The translations under genes were made by a program, and so were the position numbers. The notes below the pieces were generated by a model. That model was given only the letters and a program-made list of their open reading frames with translations, was not told where the DNA came from and searched no databases. This document shows, one piece after another, positions 62,501 to 64,000 of a DNA stretch of 64,000 nt (position 1 is its first letter; every line of letters starts with the position of its first letter). The stretch is from Cenococcum geophilum (taxonomy: Eukaryota): contig CP158636.1 of NCBI GenBank assembly GCA_050273025.1, positions 12,586,001 through 12,650,000 on the forward strand, read 5' to 3'.

Positions 62501-64000
62501 AGGAAGGCGCGTTACTATATAAAGCTTAATATTATATCTATATTTAACCACCTCCGTATTATAAAAGGAGATAAATAGCTTACCGCATTTCGTATCTAGT
62601 ATAGACTATTTAAATACTTAGTAACACTATTTGGCCCTACAAACGCCCTAAGCTTGTTTTAACACTATATAAATAATACCCTACACCTCTACCTAGATAT
62701 CTTTTATACTACTTATATTAATAATATCCTAATATATAGTAATAACCTAACTAAATACTAGAAATACGTTAATCTTATTTTATAAGCCCTATATAAAGCT
62801 AGTCTATAATTAGATATAAATAAATACAAGTTTTATAAAACAGAAGTCTTATACCTTAGACTTTTTATCTTTATAAATAGTATATAAATGGACCTAAAGA
62901 AAGTTAAAGTAATTATAAACTGGTAAGAACCTAAGAACGTTAAGGACGTAAAAGCCTTTATAGGATTTGCTAATTTCTACTAACGGTTTATTAATAACTT
63001 CTCCGCACTAGCCTTACCCCTTATAGCTCTAATTTAAAAGAATAAAGCTTTTATCTTTAATAAGGAATATAAAAAGGTCTTTACCTATTTAAAGGTTATA
63101 TTTACTACCGCGCTTATATATTAATACTTTAACCTAAACTAAATAAGTATTATAAAAGCTAATCCATCCAACTATATTACTAAAGGTATTCTATCTTAGT
63201 ATAACGAGGATAGAGTATTATACCCTATAATATACTTTTTAAAACAACTAAGTTTAGCTAAATATAACTATAAGATATATAATAAGGAGTTATTAGCGAT
63301 TATTAGATGTTTTAAATAATGGCGACCTAAACTAAAAGGCGCTAAATTTTTAATTAAGGTCCTTAGCGATTATAAAAACTTATAGTACTTTATAATTACA
63401 AAACAGTTAAGTTACTATTAGGCCCGCTAGTTAAAATACTTATTTTGTTTCCAATTCTAAATTATATACCGTTTAGGCGTTTAAGGCTAAAAGCCTAAAG
63501 CCTTAACCTAACACTTATAAGATATGCTAGCACTAAAAGAAGCACGTTTTTACTAAAATTAGACCCTACTTTATCCTAAACTATTTAACCCTCCTACTAA
63601 AGACCTTATAGTGCACGTCCTTAAAATAACTAATTAAATAATTAAATAGATTATAATTAATAAATACCTAAATAGCTAGTTTATCTAGAAAACGCTTAAG
63701 CTAATTTAAGATAGCGTTAGACGCTTAAAAAAGATTTCTCTAAGTAAATACAAAGCTCGTGGAAACCGCTTATATTATTAGAACCGCCTAGTTATCCCTA
63801 ACTATAACAAACTTAAGCTTAAGCTCCTTAAATATATATATAACCTACCTATTACTAGCTACCCGGGTTAAGGAAAGACCCTAGAGCTACTCTGATAGGA
63901 GTATTACTAGCCAAATATATATAATACGATATAAAAGTATATTTTTAGCTACTATATCTGCCGATAAGCTAAAGCTTTATATAAGATATATAACGGCCTA
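59587..64000 (+). mobile_element. Ty3/gypsy (gypsy F, same family as gypsy D); 5' LTR 59587-59936; runs off the window end
   Basis: LTR is the inverse homolog of 58369-58727; knuckle CFKCGS (~60920); PR LINTGAG (~61341); [15 protein letters not shown] (~62389); RNase H YNKELLAII (~63278). Confidence 0.9.

Overview
This window is gene-free, AT-rich fungal DNA (inferred filamentous ascomycete) made entirely of nested transposable elements. Nearly all of them are heavily mutated in the pattern of repeat-induced point mutation (RIP): TpA is in excess, TGG/CAA/CAG codons are turned into TAG/TAA, and LTR TG...CA ends are turned into TA...TA. Target-site duplications (TSDs) resolve almost the whole window as one minus-strand Ty3/gypsy element, of which only about 3.2 kb is visible, in six pieces between 1561 and 58727. 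It has been inflated by insertions: an ORF1-only non-LTR element (holding a Ty1/copia, which holds a gypsy and a minisatellite-filled TIR element), two more gypsy elements (holding a solo LTR, a pogo/CENP-B-like transposon, a MITE and a piggyBac-like transposon that holds a chimeric LINE), a scrambled non-autonomous gypsy, and a non-coding LTR element that holds another gypsy. No intact host gene, RNA gene or CRISPR array is supported. The most unusual items are an antisense, intron-containing Zn(II)2Cys6-like/coiled-coil gene inside a chromoviral retrotransposon, a 3.2-kb TIR element built almost only from tandem arrays, a piggyBac-like family apparently duplicating AT instead of TTAA, an ORF1-only LINE-like element, and an LTR element with a 14-bp TSD. 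All alignments and translations were done by eye; element ends defined by a TSD are exact, while internal ORF limits are approximate.
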